Below are positions 39,077-48,733 of a stretch of 64,000 nt of DNA, piece by piece. Below the pieces are notes generated by a model. The model was given only the letters and a program-made list of their open reading frames with translations, did no database searches and had not been told where the DNA came from. A program made the translations under genes and the position numbers. Origin of the DNA: Parasphingorhabdus sp. (lineage in GTDB: Bacteria; Pseudomonadota; Alphaproteobacteria; Sphingomonadales; Sphingomonadaceae); contig NZ_JBALUN010000009.1 of assembly GCF_036963805.1 (NCBI RefSeq), forward strand, positions 314-64,313, written 5' to 3'. The stretch's first letter is position 1. Each line of letters begins with the position of its first letter.

Positions 39077-39814
39077 TTATTCTCTACCCAGTCGCATGCG
39101 GAAAGCGTCGAGGTGAAAATAGCTGGGATCAAATTGGCAGATTTCTGCCAAACGGCTGGCATCACGAAAGACGATCCAGCCTTTTTCTCGATCGAGCAAA
39201 TCATCCTTTTCCAGTTGCCGTAGAACGCGATTGGTGTGGATTGGAGTCAGGCCCAGCGCGTCGGCAATGACAGTCTGTGTCAGCGGCATGCGAAAGCCAT
39301 CGCGCGTGCCTTCGTCGATGATCTGTATCCGCCGGTGGAGTTCGAGAAGGAAATGACCAATCCGCTCGCGCGCGGTTTGCTGTCCATTGCGCACGATCTG
39401 TTCGCGCAGAAATGCCTCTTCCTGAACCTGCATCCACCAGAAAGCCAAAGTCAATTTACCGGATTCGGTCAGTAATCGCCGGAATTCGGAAGGTTCCACC
39501 GACAGGGTCTCCAGTTCGGTTATCGAGAGAACCGAGTGATCAGCTTCGGCTGCAACCAGCACCTGCAAATCGAAAATATCGCCTGGCAGAAGCACGTTCA
39601 ATATCTGCCGGCGTCCGTCTTCCAGGGTTTTATACCGCACGGCCCAGCCTTGTTTGATGACCAGAACGCTATCCATCTGTTGGCCGGCGTCAACGATATC
39701 CAGATTGCGGTCGAAGCGTTTTTCTTTCCCTTCTAAGCCCATAACCCCATCCTGCACCACCTCATCAAGGTCCGCGTAAAATGAGATGCGGCGGAGCAGC
39801 GCCCTTTTGGCCAT
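39077..39814 (-). CDS. Crp/Fnr-family regulator
   Basis: DGRRQILNVLLPGD; ARERIGHFLLEL; PLTQTVIADALGLTPIHTNRVL. Confidence 0.92.
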   Translation of the reverse strand: MAKRALLRRISFYADLDEVVQDGVMGLEGKEKRFDRNLDIVDAGQQMDSVLVIKQGWAVRYKTLEDGRRQILNVLLPGDIFDLQVLVAAEADHSVLSITELETLSVEPSEFRRLLTESGKLTLAFWWMQVQEEAFLREQIVRNGQQTARERIGHFLLELHRRIQIIDEGTRDGFRMPLTQTVIADALGLTPIHTNRVLRQLEKDDLLDREKGWIVFRDASRLAEICQFDPSYFHLDAFRMRLGRE

Positions 39815-41313
39815 TATGTGGTTCCGTTCGGTTTGGGAAATGTCACCGTGCAGACCAAACCGTCCGGCGTCCAGTCCCGTTCAATGCTGCCATGCAAATT
39901 GCGGGTAATGCTGTGGTCGATGAGCGAAGATCCAAAGCCGCTATTAGAAGGAGATTCGGTAATCAATGGACCGCCCTTTTCCAGCCATATCAACTTAACC
40001 ATTTCGGTTTCTTTTCCTGCTTCGACATCCCATTTAATGTCTACCTCACCATCACGCTCTGCCAACGCTCCATATTTCGCCGCATTGGTCGCAAGTTCAT
40101 TTAGCACAAGCGACAGTGACACCATCGCATTCTCGGGAATTGTGAGGTCCGGGCCTGACACACTAACGCGAGGATAAGTCTGTGACAGATCATTGACCAA
40201 CGCCTTGAACGAACCCGTTACGAAATTGGTGTCGAGCAATATCTGCTGCGCCCGGTTCAAGGCGCGCAATCGGCTGGAAATACGTTCCATATAGTCATCA
40301 ATCGAGGTTGCTGATTTCTTGGTCAGCGTCATGATTGACTGCAGCGTAGAAAACAGATTCCGCAGCCGGTGATGCAATTCTCGGGTGTGAAGGCGTAGCT
40401 GGTCTTCCGTCTGAACCGAGTTTGTAACATCCTTGTTCAGACCCGTTAAGGTAGGCCTGCCGTTAACCAGCAAATGATCTCCAAATCCTTCAATCCAGCG
40501 AATTTCCTCCGATGGGAGCACAATACGAAATGTTGCTTCATATTTCTCTCCGAGGTTAGCCGCTGCGCTCATTGCAGTCACTACCGCATCTCGATCATCT
40601 TCGTGAATGCGGGCCATGGCGCTATCCAAATCAGCCAATTTTTCTCCGGCATCTTCACCCCATATCTTCATATATGCCCCGCCCCATTCTATGTGGCCAC
40701 TTTCAAGATCAATTCGAAAACTGCTGGTGTTGCTGAGTGCAAGCGTCAATTCGAGATCGGTTCGATTCTGTGCCGCTTGTCTTTGGGCTTTCTCCCGAAG
40801 CGCCATTTCCCGGCGCAATTCCATCTCGCTGATGACCAGGTCAGAAAAGTCGCGCAAATGTTGGATTTCAGAATCGGTGGGTCTGGCTCGCGGTTCAGTG
40901 TCTCCAATCCAGAATGAGCCCAGCACCATCCCATCGGGAGCAATGAGCGGTGCACCCGCATAGAAGCGGATATAGGGCTCACCAATCACCAACGGGTTGT
41001 CGCGAAAACCGGATTTGGCTGTGTCTTCAACGACCAACGGTTCCTGACCATCCACTACATGTGAACAAAAGGAAATGTCTCTTGCGGTGGATTCGGATTT
41101 GATGCCCACTGCCGACTTGAACCATTGCCGGTCGGCATCAACGAATGAGATGGATGCCATTGGTGCTTTGAAAATATCGGCGCAAAGCCTCGTGATTCGG
41201 TCAAATGCGACTTCTGGGGCGCTGTCCATAATGTTGTAATGCCGAAGTGTTTTCAGTCGCTCTTCTTCGATAACTGAAGATCGCTTTGGTTTAGCTTGCT
41301 GACCAGAATGCAT
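39814..41313 (-). CDS. GAF-PAS HWE/HisKA_2 sensor histidine kinase
   Basis: GAF IRFYAGAPL; ELHHRLRNLF; NELATNAAKYGAL; WLEKGGP. Confidence 0.92.
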   Translation of the reverse strand: MHSGQQAKPKRSSVIEEERLKTLRHYNIMDSAPEVAFDRITRLCADIFKAPMASISFVDADRQWFKSAVGIKSESTARDISFCSHVVDGQEPLVVEDTAKSGFRDNPLVIGEPYIRFYAGAPLIAPDGMVLGSFWIGDTEPRARPTDSEIQHLRDFSDLVISEMELRREMALREKAQRQAAQNRTDLELTLALSNTSSFRIDLESGHIEWGGAYMKIWGEDAGEKLADLDSAMARIHEDDRDAVVTAMSAAANLGEKYEATFRIVLPSEEIRWIEGFGDHLLVNGRPTLTGLNKDVTNSVQTEDQLRLHTRELHHRLRNLFSTLQSIMTLTKKSATSIDDYMERISSRLRALNRAQQILLDTNFVTGSFKALVNDLSQTYPRVSVSGPDLTIPENAMVSLSLVLNELATNAAKYGALAERDGEVDIKWDVEAGKETEMVKLIWLEKGGPLITESPSNSGFGSSLIDHSITRNLHGSIERDWTPDGLVCTVTFPKPNGTT

Positions 41314-41410
41314 AATTTACCTTTTAATCGCCAATTGTCCGCTACGCCAAGCCTAATTTCTCTGGCGTCCTTATCCTAACTGCGAACCAGCAGATTTGTT
41401 GCAATTTTTC

Positions 41411-41435
41411 GGAACAAACAAGGCTTCGGTGCGTT
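41411..41435 (+). promoter_or_regulatory. EcfG-type promoter (general stress protein)
   Basis: GGAAC-N16-CGTT exact. Confidence 0.8.
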
Positions 41436-41480
41436 CTTTTGAATGAACCCCGAGTGAAAATGAACAACAAGGAGTCCGCA

Positions 41481-41966
41481 ATGACCCAAGAGAATCTCGA
41501 AGAACTTTATGACATGATTGACGATGTCGGAACCGCCATGCTGGTGACGGAGAATAACGCTGAATTGCGAAGCCGTCCGATGACCGGCAAATTGCATCGT
41601 GATACTGGCGAAATCTGGTTCCTGACCGAAACCGCATCTGAAAAGATACGGGAAATTTCAAAAGATGGCACGGCCAACCTGACCTATGCTTGTCCGGAAA
41701 AGGAGACATATATCTCGATTTCCGGCAGCGCGAAAACGATCCGCAATCAAGATAAGATTGATGACCTATGGGGACCATGGGCCGAAGCATGGCTGCAATG
41801 CGAGAAGGATGACCAAAAAGTTTCTGCTATTTGCTTTAAACCGGAAATAGCGGAATATTGGTCATCGCCATCTTCTACAATAGTCCAAAGCTGGGAACTG
41901 GCCAAAGCCAAGATCACCGACGAAAAGCCCGATCTGGGTGAAAACAAAACTGTGAAAATAGCTTAA
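41481..41966 (+). CDS. General stress protein, pyridoxamine-oxidase-like FMN-binding fold
   Basis: AMLVT...LRSRPM...IWFLT...SEK...AEYWSSP. Confidence 0.85.
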   Translation: MTQENLEELYDMIDDVGTAMLVTENNAELRSRPMTGKLHRDTGEIWFLTETASEKIREISKDGTANLTYACPEKETYISISGSAKTIRNQDKIDDLWGPWAEAWLQCEKDDQKVSAICFKPEIAEYWSSPSSTIVQSWELAKAKITDEKPDLGENKTVKIA

Positions 41967-41984
41967 AATCATTTCACAAGCATA

Positions 41985-42015
41985 CAAAAAAGCGGGGTTT
42001 CAGCCCCGCTTTTTA
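41985..42015. terminator. Bidirectional intrinsic terminator
   Basis: AAAAAAGCGGGG-loop-CCCCGCTTTTT. Confidence 0.85.
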
Positions 42016-42041
42016 ATTGCCTATATAATTTAAATTGCGAT

Positions 42042-42332
42042 CTATCTGCGAGCGAGCAGGGCGCCGACGATCAAGCCTACACCTGCCGTCACCAGCAATG
42101 TGCTCATTGGATTTTCTCGAACCGCCTCGCGCGCTTTTGCCTTTCCTTTGGAGCCAGCATCGAAAGCATTAGATCTCGCTTCTCCAGCTTTCTGTTTTGC
42201 TGTTGCACGGAGCTCTGCAGCGTTTTCCTTGGCGTCAGCAGTGACAGATTTCACCAGATTGGAAAAATCCTGCTTCAACGAGTTCATATCTTTCTTTACG
42301 GCTCCTAATTCTTCGGAATAATTGCCGGACAT
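42042..42332 (-). CDS. DUF883/ElaB-YqjD family protein
   Basis: VRENPMSTLLVTAGVGLIVGALLARR. Confidence 0.88.
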   Translation of the reverse strand: MSGNYSEELGAVKKDMNSLKQDFSNLVKSVTADAKENAAELRATAKQKAGEARSNAFDAGSKGKAKAREAVRENPMSTLLVTAGVGLIVGALLARR

Positions 42333-42364
42333 TGTTTTCTCCTTTTTTGATTGCATATAGCTTC

Positions 42365-42389
42365 AACGAGCAATGGGTTTAATCGTTCC
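42365..42389 (-). promoter_or_regulatory. EcfG-type promoter (DUF883 gene)
   Basis: GGAAC-N16-CGTT exact. Confidence 0.8.
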
Positions 42390-42482
42390 CAAAAGACGCG
42401 AATTTGGTGAAAAATAATCGACTCTTCCCTTGCAACCCTTTTTGTTTTGATGCGTATGCTTCCCATCACGGAGTAAATTTGA

Positions 42483-43259
42483 ATGTCCCTAGCCGAAACC
42501 CTTCGCCCGCAATTGCCTTATCTGCGCCGCTATGCGCGCGCGCTAACCGGAAATCAAAAAAGCGGGGATTCCTATGTGAAAGCAACATTGGAAGCCATTA
42601 TCGCCGAACCGGATTCAATCGATACCAGTGGCGATATTCGCGTGCAGATTTACAAAATTTTCGGACGTATCTGGGAAAGCTCAAATGCGTATTCTGAAGT
42701 TGATGACGCCGGTAGTGGCGACGATCAGCTGACGACCATCCCTCCGATCAGCCGCCAAATCCTCTTGCTCACCGCGCTGGAAGGATTCTCTCTTTTCGAT
42801 GTCGCCGACATCGCCAATATTGGGGAAAATTCAATTAATGGATTGATGGAAGAAGCGATTGCCGAGATTGATCGCGAAATGCGCACCGATGTCCTTATCA
42901 TCGAGGATGAAGCGCTCATTACTATGGAGTTGGAGCAGATCGTTACTGAGCTTGGACATAATGTCTGCGGCACAGCAACTACGCACAAAGCTGCGCTAGC
43001 GGCGGTGGATAAAGCAAAACCCGGATTGGTGCTCGCCGATATTCAACTTGCCGACGGAAGCTCGGGCATTGATGCCGTTAAAGATATATTGGATCAGTTT
43101 TCAGTTCCGGTCATTTTCGTAACCGCTTTCCCGGAGCGATTGCTAACGGGCGAGAGGCCGGAACCAACTTTCCTAATCACCAAGCCTTTTCAATCAAATG
43201 CAATTCGCGCAGCCATCAGCCAAGCGCTATTCTTCTCCCAACAGACGGAAGCCGCATAA
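42483..43259 (+). CDS. phyR: Anti-anti-sigma response regulator PhyR
   Basis: Sigma-like N-terminus LPYLRRYARALTG; receiver LIIEDE, LADIQLADGSSG, LITKPF. Confidence 0.95.
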   Translation: MSLAETLRPQLPYLRRYARALTGNQKSGDSYVKATLEAIIAEPDSIDTSGDIRVQIYKIFGRIWESSNAYSEVDDAGSGDDQLTTIPPISRQILLLTALEGFSLFDVADIANIGENSINGLMEEAIAEIDREMRTDVLIIEDEALITMELEQIVTELGHNVCGTATTHKAALAAVDKAKPGLVLADIQLADGSSGIDAVKDILDQFSVPVIFVTAFPERLLTGERPEPTFLITKPFQSNAIRAAISQALFFSQQTEAA

Positions 43260-43267
43260 TCGAGATT

Positions 43268-43867
43268 TCAGGGCACTTCCGAGACGATTTCATCAACTGC
43301 GCCGATGATATTTTCCAAAGCGGTTTCCGTGGGATTTATTTCACCTTCGGACGCTGCAGTGAAACGGCCATTTTTCAAAATGCCTGCAAGCGTTTTTCGG
43401 GCACGTGAAACACGGCTTTTCATCGTTCCGATAGCGCAGCCAGCAATCTCTGCGGCCTCTTCGTAAGCATATCCGCCAGCGCCGACCAAAATAATTGCTT
43501 CGCGCTGATCATCAGAAAGTTCCATCAACCCACGCTGCAAATCGGCAAGGTGGAGCGGGTCCTGCTGCGGAGCAGGCGCAGATAATATCCGTTCGGCCAC
43601 AATCTCATCATAGTTGGCGGTAAACTTCTTCCGCCGCATATTGGAAAAATAGGTATTGCGCAGGATGACAAAGGTCCAGGCCCGCATCGAAGTACCTGCC
43701 TTGAACCGCTCGCGCGCCGCCCATGCTTTGAGCAAAGTGTCTTGCACGAGATCATCTGCCAGATCGGCGTTGCCGGACAGGCTGCGGCCAAATGCACGCA
43801 GGTGCGGGATGGTCTCTGCCAGTTCCTTCTTGAAATCTGCAGCGCTGAGTTGCTTGTGATCACTCAT
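43268..43867 (-). CDS. ecfG: ECF sigma factor EcfG/SigT
   Basis: LRAFGRSL, DLVQDTLLKAW, AWTFVILRN, GTMKSRVSRAR. Confidence 0.92.
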   Translation of the reverse strand: MSDHKQLSAADFKKELAETIPHLRAFGRSLSGNADLADDLVQDTLLKAWAARERFKAGTSMRAWTFVILRNTYFSNMRRKKFTANYDEIVAERILSAPAPQQDPLHLADLQRGLMELSDDQREAIILVGAGGYAYEEAAEIAGCAIGTMKSRVSRARKTLAGILKNGRFTAASEGEINPTETALENIIGAVDEIVSEVP

Positions 43868-44081
43868 TCGATGGGGATCCGGAACCTGATGAACTGTCGC
43901 TGTCGTCCAGCTTGTCCAGCAAGGCGAGCATGTCCTCAGGCAATGGTTCCTGAAGCACGTTGTGATACATGGTCTTCAGACCTGCTCCCAATCTTTCCTG
44001 TGCTTCAACGTGAATCATATCTTGCTCTTCGTCCTGCTTCGCTTGCCCAGGTTGTTCATCTTTGTTGGTTGGATCCGACAA
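43860..44081 (-). CDS. nepR: Anti-sigma factor NepR
   Basis: LGAGLKTMYHNVLQEPLPEDMLALLDKL; overlaps the ecfG start; GGAAC-N16-TGTT at 44139-44115. Confidence 0.88.
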   Translation of the reverse strand: MSDPTNKDEQPGQAKQDEEQDMIHVEAQERLGAGLKTMYHNVLQEPLPEDMLALLDKLDDSDSSSGSGSPSNE

Positions 44082-44199
44082 TTTTGCCTCGTTTTACTAA
44101 ACTCATGTGAAGTCAACACATGTCCTAGAAGAAAGTTCCATAGAGGCAAAGCAGAAAAATTTCCACTCAATGAATGTCAGTCACAACCGATAAATGCCA

Positions 44200-44640
44200 T
44201 CATTCCGGTTTCATCACGTTATTCGTGGGCAAACCCAGGCTGCAAAAATTTCTGAAAATCTCGCTCGTTTCGTTGCTCACATCTTTGCGACCAAGTATCT
44301 TATCCAACGGATTATCCGATGAAATTTTGCCAGATTGAAATAATATGTTGGCCATATGCCAATCCGGAAATTCGCGTTCTGGTTTGCCGTCTTTGGAGAG
44401 AATGACGATACCATTATGACGCGGATCATTGGCAATGATCGCCATGCAATTGTTCACGCTTTCCGGCGCACCTTCGAGCAGCTGCATGAAATTGGTGCCA
44501 TTGAAAACGAGTAGACCTGTAATTTCGTTTAGTTCGTTATTGCGCTGGGCGGATTCAACAATTTTCAAGAAGTCAGCCTCTTGCAGGCCCGCCTTGGCGG
44601 TGCTGATGTAGACCAGCGATCTGATGGAATTTTGCGACAA
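44200..44640 (-). CDS. Single-domain BLUF blue-light sensor
   Basis: LVYIS, RNN...ITGLL, FMQLLEG, DPRH, FPDWHM; likely TTG start. Confidence 0.9.
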   Translation of the reverse strand: MSQNSIRSLVYISTAKAGLQEADFLKIVESAQRNNELNEITGLLVFNGTNFMQLLEGAPESVNNCMAIIANDPRHNGIVILSKDGKPEREFPDWHMANILFQSGKISSDNPLDKILGRKDVSNETSEIFRNFCSLGLPTNNVMKPE

Positions 44641-44745
44641 CCGATACTTCCTTACACCCAGCGCACGGTATGCCATGCTAAACCGTAACGCCTGCTAGCA
44701 CAGGATTTTACATTTTACACTAACATAGGTTAGGGGGCGATACCG

Positions 44746-46092
44746 TCACTCAACCGGGCGGTTATTGTCCAGCAAATCTGGTTCGGACTGCCCGGATCGT
44801 TCGGAATCCACCAGATGTTCGACGTGATCTTCTGGTGAAACGTCGAAATCGGTTTCGGACGCGGTTGGTTTCGTTTGTTTGGGGGCAGAGGCACCCTTTT
44901 TGGAGCCAGATCTTTGTACTACCTGATCAGGTAACCCGCCGTCAAAACGCAGCCGGTAAATCGGCTCCGGCAGAGCAAAACCTTCATCTTCCAGCGCATT
45001 TTTCGTTACGCGGATTGCCGCGCCCCGTGCTTTCTTGAAATCGCTTTCGCGCTGATCCACCCAGCCGTGAAAAGCGATGATAATGTTGGAATCGCCCACT
45101 TCCCTGATTTCCGCCGTGGCTTCGGGATCATCGAGCACATAGTCCTGACCGTTAATCGCGCGCAGGCCCGTATCGACCGCCGCGGCCGGGTCATCATCAG
45201 CGTCCACGCCCAGCTCAAAGGTAAAACGCCTTTGCGGGTTGCGGGTATAGTTTAGTATTTCGGCTTTGAAGACGGTTGCATTGGGTATGCGCAAATGATT
45301 GCCCTCAAGCGTCATCAATATCGTCGCGCGGGACGTCAGACGAACTACGCGACCTTCCTGCTGACCGACCAGGACATGATCGTTTGCGCGAAATGGCTGC
45401 CGGATGCTCAGCATGATACTGGAGATATAGTTATCTACGGTATCGCGCAGCGCGAAGCCAACCGCGAGGCCGATAACGCCGGCACCGCCAAGTACTGCGC
45501 CAATCGCGGCAGTCGCCCCGAGTATGTCTAGTGCGATGAATATCCCCAGGCCAATGAAAATCACCCGCACCGAACTGGCAACGAGTTCGGCCAGAAAGAC
45601 ATTGGGCGTGATCTTTTGCCAGAACGATTTCAGCGAGGCGATGAAATGGCCAAATAATCCAACCAGTATTGCCACCAGCAGTGCAACACCTATCAACGGC
45701 AGCGCAGCAAGAAATTGGTCGAAACTGCTGCTGAGATCATCAACAACCGGCTCGACATTGGAGCCGACAGACAAATCGCGTTCGAAATCAGTTTCGACAG
45801 TGACAACACCGGACACGCGCTGCGCAATAGCGCTGGCCCGGTCTATCGCAGCCTGATCTTCGAGCGTTCCGGAAAGGCGCACCACACCGGAATCGACCGC
45901 GACCCTGATATTGTCAAAACCGTCAATCTCGCCAAAAATTCCCCGGAGGCGCTCGGCTATAACCTCATCATCTTCCCCAACAGTTTCCGCGTCTATCGCT
46001 GGCTGCGTGGGTGCTGCTGCCTCTTCCGCGTCAACTTGAGCGGCAAGCTTTTGAGTAGGAGCGCCAAGTATCGCAACTGCCGCGGCGAACAT
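44746..46092 (-). CDS. BON-domain MscS mechanosensitive channel
   Basis: VRVAVDSGVVRLSG; GFALRDTVDNYISS; IRQPFRANDHV. Confidence 0.9.
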   Translation of the reverse strand: MFAAAVAILGAPTQKLAAQVDAEEAAAPTQPAIDAETVGEDDEVIAERLRGIFGEIDGFDNIRVAVDSGVVRLSGTLEDQAAIDRASAIAQRVSGVVTVETDFERDLSVGSNVEPVVDDLSSSFDQFLAALPLIGVALLVAILVGLFGHFIASLKSFWQKITPNVFLAELVASSVRVIFIGLGIFIALDILGATAAIGAVLGGAGVIGLAVGFALRDTVDNYISSIMLSIRQPFRANDHVLVGQQEGRVVRLTSRATILMTLEGNHLRIPNATVFKAEILNYTRNPQRRFTFELGVDADDDPAAAVDTGLRAINGQDYVLDDPEATAEIREVGDSNIIIAFHGWVDQRESDFKKARGAAIRVTKNALEDEGFALPEPIYRLRFDGGLPDQVVQRSGSKKGASAPKQTKPTASETDFDVSPEDHVEHLVDSERSGQSEPDLLDNNRPVE

Positions 46093-46142
46093 GAAAAAAT
46101 CTGGAAATTTGTTGAATATACGCGCCTCCCGAATTTGTTCCT

Positions 46143-46167
46143 AACGCTCTTCCAAAAGAAAAGTTCC
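46143..46167 (-). promoter_or_regulatory. EcfG-type promoter (BON-MscS gene)
   Basis: GGAAC-N16-CGTT exact. Confidence 0.8.
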
Positions 46168-46247
46168 GGGTCAAAAATAAAATATATTTGGGAACGCTCA
46201 TAGGGGCTGGCGGTTGATTGGGTAGACTTCCAAAAAAAGAGGACATT

Positions 46248-46688
46248 ATGACAAACGAACAAACCAACACCATCCTGAACGACGTTCTGGAAACGCTGAT
46301 CGATTCAACCGACGGCTATGAAAAAGCCGCCGAAGTAGCTGATCGCCCGGCTTTTAAGCAACTTTTTGGGCGCCGTGCTGCCTCACGTCGTGCGATGGCT
46401 GCTGATGTACGCAACCACATTGTCGAACTTGGCGGAACGCCTGATGACGATGGTTCGATCCTGGCGAACATGCACAGGACATTTCTGTCAATCCGTGCTG
46501 CGGTGCAGGACAATGACAATGCCGCGATCGAAGCGGTCGACAATGGCGAAAAACATCTGCGCGAACAATTTGAAGACGCACTGGAAAACGATGACCTGAG
46601 CCCGTCCGCGCGCGCTTTGCTGAAGAAATATCAGGGCGAACTCCGCGCTGATGGCCGGCTGATCGATCAACTGGAAGACGCTGCGTAA
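46248..46688 (+). CDS. PA2169/DUF2383 four-helix-bundle protein
   Basis: LNDVLETLIDSTDGYEKAAE; GGTPDDDGS; GEKHL. Confidence 0.88.
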   Translation: MTNEQTNTILNDVLETLIDSTDGYEKAAEVADRPAFKQLFGRRAASRRAMAADVRNHIVELGGTPDDDGSILANMHRTFLSIRAAVQDNDNAAIEAVDNGEKHLREQFEDALENDDLSPSARALLKKYQGELRADGRLIDQLEDAA

Positions 46689-46727
46689 TCCAACCGCGCA
46701 AAACCCCACGAATGAAAGGAATTTAAC

Positions 46728-46913
46728 ATCGAATATGGTATTATTGGTTTAGTCATCCTTGCTTTGGATATCTGGGCGCTGCTGAGCGTTTGGGGTAGCG
46801 GGTCATCTGTCGGAAGCAAGATTATCTGGAGCGCGATCATCCTGATCCTTCCGCTAGTCGGACTAATTTTATGGTACTTTATTGGACCAAAAGGTAGTGC
46901 TGCTGCTGTATAG
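46728..46913 (+). CDS. PLDc_N-domain small membrane protein; ATC at the expected start
   Basis: EYGIIGLVILALDIWALLSVW...KIIW..IILILPLVGLILWYFIGP; AAAGGA RBS upstream of ATC; no in-frame ATG. Confidence 0.65.
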   Translation: MEYGIIGLVILALDIWALLSVWGSGSSVGSKIIWSAIILILPLVGLILWYFIGPKGSAAAV

Positions 46914-47044
46914 CAAACTATAACCACATTGTGGGTGATCTACCTGGATCACAAACTTAGCCCCGGCAGCCTCGCTGTCGGGGTTTTTTATGATGATATC
47001 AGATACGGAACGGAACCAATATCTGGTTCCAGCGTATGTCGAGA

Positions 47045-47926
47045 ATGGAAAACTCGGTAGACACATCACTAAACACGCTCGAAATCCTGATTGAGCAGCT
47101 CAAATCCATGTGGGAGGGGCTGGTCCAGCTAATGCCCAGCCTTGTCATTGCGATCCTGTTCCTGATTGTGACCTGGATCATCGCCCGATTTGCGAGCAAA
47201 ATCGCAGATCGCATCACTGCCAAGACCAATATGCGGCCCTCTCTCCAGGAATTGATCGACACTCTCGTCCGGATCAGTATCTGGACGGTTGGCTTGTTGG
47301 TCTCATTGACGATATTGCTTCCGGGATTGACGCCGGGCAGTCTTGTTGCCGGGCTTGGTATCGGTACCGTCGCTATCGGTTTCGCGTTCCAGGATATTTT
47401 CGAGAATTTCCTCGCCGGAATTCTGATTATGTTGCGCGAAAAGATGCGCATCGGTGATTATATTAAATGTGACGATATTGAAGGTAGGGTTGAAAAGATA
47501 CTGCTGCGCGAAACGCATGTTCGCAAGCTATCCAATGAATTGAACATCGTGCCGAATTCCATCCTTTTTAAAAATCCGGTTGAGATACTCACTGATAAGG
47601 ACCAGCGTCGCCACGATGTCGTTGTCGGCGTGTCCTATGATACCGATCTGGAAAACGCGCAGGCAGTCATCAGAAAAGCCGTTGAGGAAACCGAAGTCGT
47701 GGACACGAACAGAACGATTGATGTTTTCGCCTGCGAGTTCAATTCAAGTTCGGTGGACTACAAGGTCAGGTGGTGGTCCGGATCCGGGCAGCGCGAGATG
47801 CATGACAGCCGCGATCAGGTGGTCCGCAACATCAAGCGAGCGCTTGACGATGCAGGCATTGAAATTCCGTTCCCGTACATCACGCATACTTTCAAGGAGA
47901 AGATCCCACTCGCTTCCAATGATTGA
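47045..47926 (+). CDS. MscS-family mechanosensitive channel
   Basis: GFAFQDIFENFLAGILI; GIEIPFP; GGAAC-N16-CGTA at 47012-47036. Confidence 0.92.
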   Translation: MENSVDTSLNTLEILIEQLKSMWEGLVQLMPSLVIAILFLIVTWIIARFASKIADRITAKTNMRPSLQELIDTLVRISIWTVGLLVSLTILLPGLTPGSLVAGLGIGTVAIGFAFQDIFENFLAGILIMLREKMRIGDYIKCDDIEGRVEKILLRETHVRKLSNELNIVPNSILFKNPVEILTDKDQRRHDVVVGVSYDTDLENAQAVIRKAVEETEVVDTNRTIDVFACEFNSSSVDYKVRWWSGSGQREMHDSRDQVVRNIKRALDDAGIEIPFPYITHTFKEKIPLASND

Positions 47927-48002
47927 GGGCGATGCGTACCAATTGACATAAAAAAACTCCCGGCCTTTAACGGGCCGGGAGCCTTTATTCGTTTGGCTTT
48001 AA

Positions 48003-48158
48003 TCAGGCAGTCTGCGGTGGATAAGCCGTCGTGTAACTGTCTTCGTCGACACGCTCGTCACCGTCTTTCCGATTTTCCTGTATCTTCTTGATGATCATTT
48101 TCGCAGCGGCTGATACGGCAGCGGCTGCGAGGGTTCTGATAATATAGCGTTTTGCCAT
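48003..48158 (-). CDS. 51-aa small protein MAKRYIIRTLAAAAVSAAAKMIIKK...
   Basis: GGAG RBS; GCAAC-N16-CGTT at 48211-48187; paralog of 36792-36881. Confidence 0.7.
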   Translation of the reverse strand: MAKRYIIRTLAAAAVSAAAKMIIKKIQENRKDGDERVDEDSYTTAYPPQTA

Positions 48159-48241
48159 GATAGCATCTCCTTGGTTATGCCTGATCAACGCCGCACGTTT
48201 GATTTCGTTGCATCAAGCGTGCGGCGGTGTTGTTTAAGGTA

Positions 48242-48691
48242 CTACGCGACCTTGTCCATTTCCGCCGGTTTGCGCTCGTCAAACTTCCGGAGAAGTTCGC
48301 TGGCCTTTTCCTCGCTCAAACCTTTTTTCGCCACCGGGAAGATATCATTCTCTTCTTCTTCCATATGGTGTTCCAGCCGATGTTTCAGCGTCTTGAACCG
48401 CGTCAGCCAGCCGGTATCGTCGAAATCCTTGTCGGACAATTCTTCGAAATAATCGTCGATTTCCTTGTGCTCGGCAACCGAATGGCGGCCTTCATCCTGC
48501 ATTTCCGGACGGCCCAGCATTTCGGCATATAGAGACTGCCCCTCCGCATTGGCATGCGCGGACACGTCTATGCGAAGTGTTTCGAATGCCTCTCGCCGTT
48601 CCTTGGCGTCGCCGCTCGTATCGGCAACACGCTCGAGCATCTCGCGATGCTTGTCATGGTCTTCTTTCAGACGAATAAAAATATCAGTCAT
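48242..48691 (-). CDS. Hemerythrin-domain protein
   Basis: EDH, HANAE, EHKEID, LEHHMEEEE. Confidence 0.88.
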   Translation of the reverse strand: MTDIFIRLKEDHDKHREMLERVADTSGDAKERREAFETLRIDVSAHANAEGQSLYAEMLGRPEMQDEGRHSVAEHKEIDDYFEELSDKDFDDTGWLTRFKTLKHRLEHHMEEEENDIFPVAKKGLSEEKASELLRKFDERKPAEMDKVA

Positions 48692-48733
48692 TTAGTTTTC
48701 CTTTTGTTGGGGGTTTGGGGTGCGCTAGCTTCG

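Noticed and set aside
46117-46141. Additional GGAAC on the minus strand upstream of the BON-MscS gene
   Set aside because: No GT at the -10 position with 16-nt spacing.
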